A stretch of DNA of 63,818 nt, the filler included. It is 8 parts of 8 records of this genome, joined end to end, with 100 filler letters (N's around TTAATTAATTAA, not from the genome) between each part and the next. Parts side by side here need not be neighbours in the genome. Positions count along the whole stretch, not along the records: positions 58,501 to 63,818 come from SRR31147125_14651; 7 more parts are not named here. One strand, given 5' to 3'. Of this stretch, positions 60,844 through 63,818 are shown in pieces. The position numbers were made by a program, and so were the translations under genes. Every line of letters begins with the position of its first letter. The stretch's first letter is position 1. The notes under the pieces were generated by a model that worked only from the letters and a program-made list of their open reading frames with translations, did no database searches and was not told the origin of the DNA.

Positions 60844-63183
60844 ATGGGTTTTAGTTTATTATCAAGGCTGTTTTTCGTAGGTATTGCATTGGTTGCGTTT
60901 GTGACGTTATCCAGTGTCTCCGCTTTTGCGGAAGTCGATCTGCAAAAAATCGAGAGAGAGCTTACATATGTAGAAGGCTCTTTGTCCGATTCGGGTTCCG
61001 AGTTGGCCAAACTTCGGGGCAGGCACATCAAGCCAATGGAAAAACAGGCCGAAGTTAAATTCAAGGACAGGTTTCACAGAGCAAAGTTTTTGTATAAAGA
61101 CAAGGATTATCTGAATGCATCCATCATTCTTATAGATTTGCTCGAATATCCTGATGTTGATAAGCGTAGCGAGTACTACGAATTAATGTGGTTTTTGGGT
61201 GATTCCTATTCTCGTACAAAAAACTACATTCCGGCAAGACAATGGCTGGAAAAGGTTGTGGACGAAGGTCAGATGGGCAAACATTTCAAGAATGCCATTG
61301 TTCGCCTGATTGAAATCGAACTGGAACTCGGCAGACTGGAAGAAGCCGAGACTTATTACAAGGTTATGAATCGTACTTCGGGTGCAGAAGGCTGGGATCT
61401 TATTCAATACGCCTTTGCCAAATCTTTACAAAAAGAAAAAGAGTACGACAGAGCAATTCGCACCTTCCGCAAAATCCCTGTGGATTCTGACAAAAGACAT
61501 CATGCCGACTATTTCATCGGTGTTGTATTGGTGCAGCAGAAAAAACTCGATGAAGCATTGACGACCTTTAAAGAACTACGCAAGGAACTAGAAGGACAGG
61601 AATTAGACGGCAAAAAGAAGATTCTTCACGAACTGACCATTTTGGCAATCGCCAGAATTCTTTTTGAAACCAAAAAGCATGATAAGGCTCTATCATTATA
61701 TAGACTGATTCCAGTTGAATCACCGCTTTTCGATGAAGCCTATTATGAAATCTGCTGGGTTTATATCGAGCAGGGGAAATATGAAGAAGCTGCCAGCACT
61801 TTGGATCTATTGCTTTTGGCCAGACCTGATTCATCATACGCTCCGAATGCTCAGGTTCTCAAGGGTAATATTCAGCTTTGGGAACAGAAATATAAAGATG
61901 CAAACTATAGCTTTGATATAGTCATCAACAAGTACGCCGATGTTATTAACATTATGGATAAGCTGCTTGAAGAAACAGAAGGCAAGAGAGCCGAAGAGAT
62001 TCAGCAGCATATTCTGGGTGATAACAAGAGTTTACCGGAAGTAGCCATTACATGGATTTCTGAAGAAGAAGACGTAAGAGCTGCTTTGAGTTTGAGCAAG
62101 GATTTACAACAAAGTGAAGAGGACAGCGAAAACTCGGAACGGGTTATCAAATTTTTACGATTGAATCTTGAGCAGAAATCGAAATCGAACATCTTCAAAC
62201 CGCTTAAGAAAGCTCGCGAGAGAGTGGTTGAGATACAGCTTGAGCTAACAGGAAATCGTAAACAGCTTGTAGATATCAGTATGGAGCTTTTCGGAAATAA
62301 AATTTCAGTTTCAGATAAACGCAGACTTGAGAACATGCAAAATGATCGTGATGGGCTGGATCAAAAATATGCAGATATTCCAAAGACTGCAGACGAGAGA
62401 AAAGCCAGACGTTTGGCTCAGACTGAAAAGATGGAAAAGCTTGAAAAATCGGTGTTTGATCTTCAGATTCAGTTGAAAAGTATTGACCATATTTCTGCCA
62501 CGATTATGGATCGCTATGAAATTATGAGAGGTGATCCAAAGCAATCGCAGACATTTTTGGAAAAAGCGAAAAAAGAAGTTGGTGAAGCTCTTGAAGAAAA
62601 CAGAGCTTTTGCCGATGAAGTTGCTGTGCTTGAAAATGATGTAATGGTGGGGCTTGAACAGATCAAGATCGGTGAAGAGTCCACTACAAGAGATTTGGCT
62701 ATCAAAAACGAGATAGAAAGCTCTCTTGAAGAAGAAGAAGAATTGATGTCAAGAATCAGACAGAATCTTTCACCTGGTGAAAAACTCTTGTTTGATCGCA
62801 TACAAAAAGACAAAAGAGAAGTATTGACACAAACCGATGAGTCCGAGAAATTTTTAACCGACCTCGACAATCTGGTAACAGATCAGGTTGATGAGTTGCG
62901 ACGGCAGGTTGATAATCTCGAACGTGAGATGAAAGAAAGTGACGAGGAGTTGGAGCAGTTTAGAGCTGAATCCAGCGACTTGGCTGCCTATATTGCTTAC
63001 CAGAATCTTAGAACAGTTAGAGACAGATTCTATGACGTAGTTCTTAAAGCTAATGTTGGTCAGATCGATATCGTCTGGGAGCAAAGAGAGGAAGTAAAGG
63101 ACAAAATTGGCGAGCTTCTCCAAAAACGTAGCGAAGAGAAAGAAGCTTTGAGTTATTCGTTCAGGGAGCTACGTGGTGAGTAA
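60844..63183 (+). CDS. Secreted TPR and coiled-coil protein (myxobacterial envelope/gliding-cluster-like)
   Basis: Signal peptide, multiple TPRs (FDEAYYEICWVY) and C-terminal FYDVVLKANVGQIDIVW. Confidence 0.8.
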   Translation: MGFSLLSRLFFVGIALVAFVTLSSVSAFAEVDLQKIERELTYVEGSLSDSGSELAKLRGRHIKPMEKQAEVKFKDRFHRAKFLYKDKDYLNASIILIDLLEYPDVDKRSEYYELMWFLGDSYSRTKNYIPARQWLEKVVDEGQMGKHFKNAIVRLIEIELELGRLEEAETYYKVMNRTSGAEGWDLIQYAFAKSLQKEKEYDRAIRTFRKIPVDSDKRHHADYFIGVVLVQQKKLDEALTTFKELRKELEGQELDGKKKILHELTILAIARILFETKKHDKALSLYRLIPVESPLFDEAYYEICWVYIEQGKYEEAASTLDLLLLARPDSSYAPNAQVLKGNIQLWEQKYKDANYSFDIVINKYADVINIMDKLLEETEGKRAEEIQQHILGDNKSLPEVAITWISEEEDVRAALSLSKDLQQSEEDSENSERVIKFLRLNLEQKSKSNIFKPLKKARERVVEIQLELTGNRKQLVDISMELFGNKISVSDKRRLENMQNDRDGLDQKYADIPKTADERKARRLAQTEKMEKLEKSVFDLQIQLKSIDHISATIMDRYEIMRGDPKQSQTFLEKAKKEVGEALEENRAFADEVAVLENDVMVGLEQIKIGEESTTRDLAIKNEIESSLEEEEELMSRIRQNLSPGEKLLFDRIQKDKREVLTQTDESEKFLTDLDNLVTDQVDELRRQVDNLEREMKESDEELEQFRAESSDLAAYIAYQNLRTVRDRFYDVVLKANVGQIDIVWEQREEVKDKIGELLQKRSEEKEALSYSFRELRGE

Positions 63184-63187
63184 ATTT

Positions 63188-63818
63188 ATGTATAAAAGCA
63201 TGAAGAAAAAAGCAAGTTTCATTCCGGGGCAGTGCTTCATCATATTAATGATGTTTATCCTGACAACCGGTTTTGCGTTTGCCCAGAAAACAGGTGAACG
63301 TCAACCGATAAAAGGAGTTTCACTATCTCCGGAAGAAGTCAAAGCAGTCGTGGACAATTTCAAGGCTCATTCAAGTGAATACGAGTCTGAAATTGAGTTG
63401 ATGATCGACGATCAGTTCAAGTACAAAGAAAAACAGATCGAAAAAAGGTACGAAGAACAATTGACAAAATATGAAACCATGGATGTCAAGTACATCATGG
63501 AGGCAATTGAGCGGCTTGAGAAATTTGTCAATGATTACCCTAACGAAAAAGAATATTCTCCTGATGCCATGTTCCGCTTGGCCGAGCTTTATTACAACAA
63601 AGCAGAAAAGGAATTTGCTCTTGTTCGTGAACAAAAACTGAAAGATTACGAACGTGATTTGGCATTGTTCGATGAAGGTGAAATTGATGACGAACCGACA
63701 CCTCCAAGACCTGAATATGATAAATCAGTAGCACTTTATAATGATATTGCTGAACGTTTTCCTGATTACCGTTATATTGATGCGGTCTATTACATGGCAG
63801 CCTATTGTTATCAGGAAT
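63188..63818 (+). CDS. Secreted TPR protein (GltD/AgmU-like), 3' truncated
   Basis: Absent from the track. My translation gives a signal peptide, AIERLEKFVNDYPNEKEYSPDAMFRLAELYY and FPDYRYIDAVYYMAAYCY, open to the window end. Confidence 0.8.
   Translation, partial: MYKSMKKKASFIPGQCFIILMMFILTTGFAFAQKTGERQPIKGVSLSPEEVKAVVDNFKAHSSEYESEIELMIDDQFKYKEKQIEKRYEEQLTKYETMDVKYIMEAIERLEKFVNDYPNEKEYSPDAMFRLAELYYNKAEKEFALVREQKLKDYERDLALFDEGEIDDEPTPPRPEYDKSVALYNDIAERFPDYRYIDAVYYMAAYCYQE

Overview
This window is not one locus. It is eight unrelated contigs joined by identical 100-nt spacers (N44-TTAATTAATTAA-N44) at 5414-5513, 19404-19503, 28068-28167, 38150-38249, 44326-44425, 49549-49648 and 58401-58500. 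Taxonomy below is inferred from gene content. (1) Bacteroidota: sulfatase, GH20 and beta-propeller genes. (2) Low-GC Firmicute: PadR and WYL regulators, TPR-SMI1 protein, RND system and two-component pair. (3) Desulfobacterota-like: N-acyl-amino-acid/oxazolone-type cluster with a ThiF-nitroreductase fusion, MMPL transporter, two acyltransferases and a cNMP-patatin. (4) Bacteroidota: operon of a KamA-family radical-SAM aminomutase, PcaIJ-like CoA transferase, beta-type class III transaminase, PcaF thiolase and an ALDH7-like gene start, divergent from a saccharopine dehydrogenase. (5) Bacteroidota: dnaA/yigZ, DUF4301 and larE. (6) Bacteroidota: beta-propeller sensor kinase and Bcr-type MFS transporter. 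(7) Unassigned: DDAH, pullulanase and Fe-ADH. (8) Myxococcota-like: serine integrase running into tRNA-Glu, then tRNA-Lys and a TPR operon. The best candidate for an undescribed system is contig 4, a putative lysine catabolic route: lysine -> saccharopine -> 2-aminoadipate -> 3-aminoadipate (radical aminomutase) -> 3-oxoadipate -> succinyl-CoA + acetyl-CoA. Many genes are split by single-base indels, mostly in homopolymers, which are probably sequencing errors.
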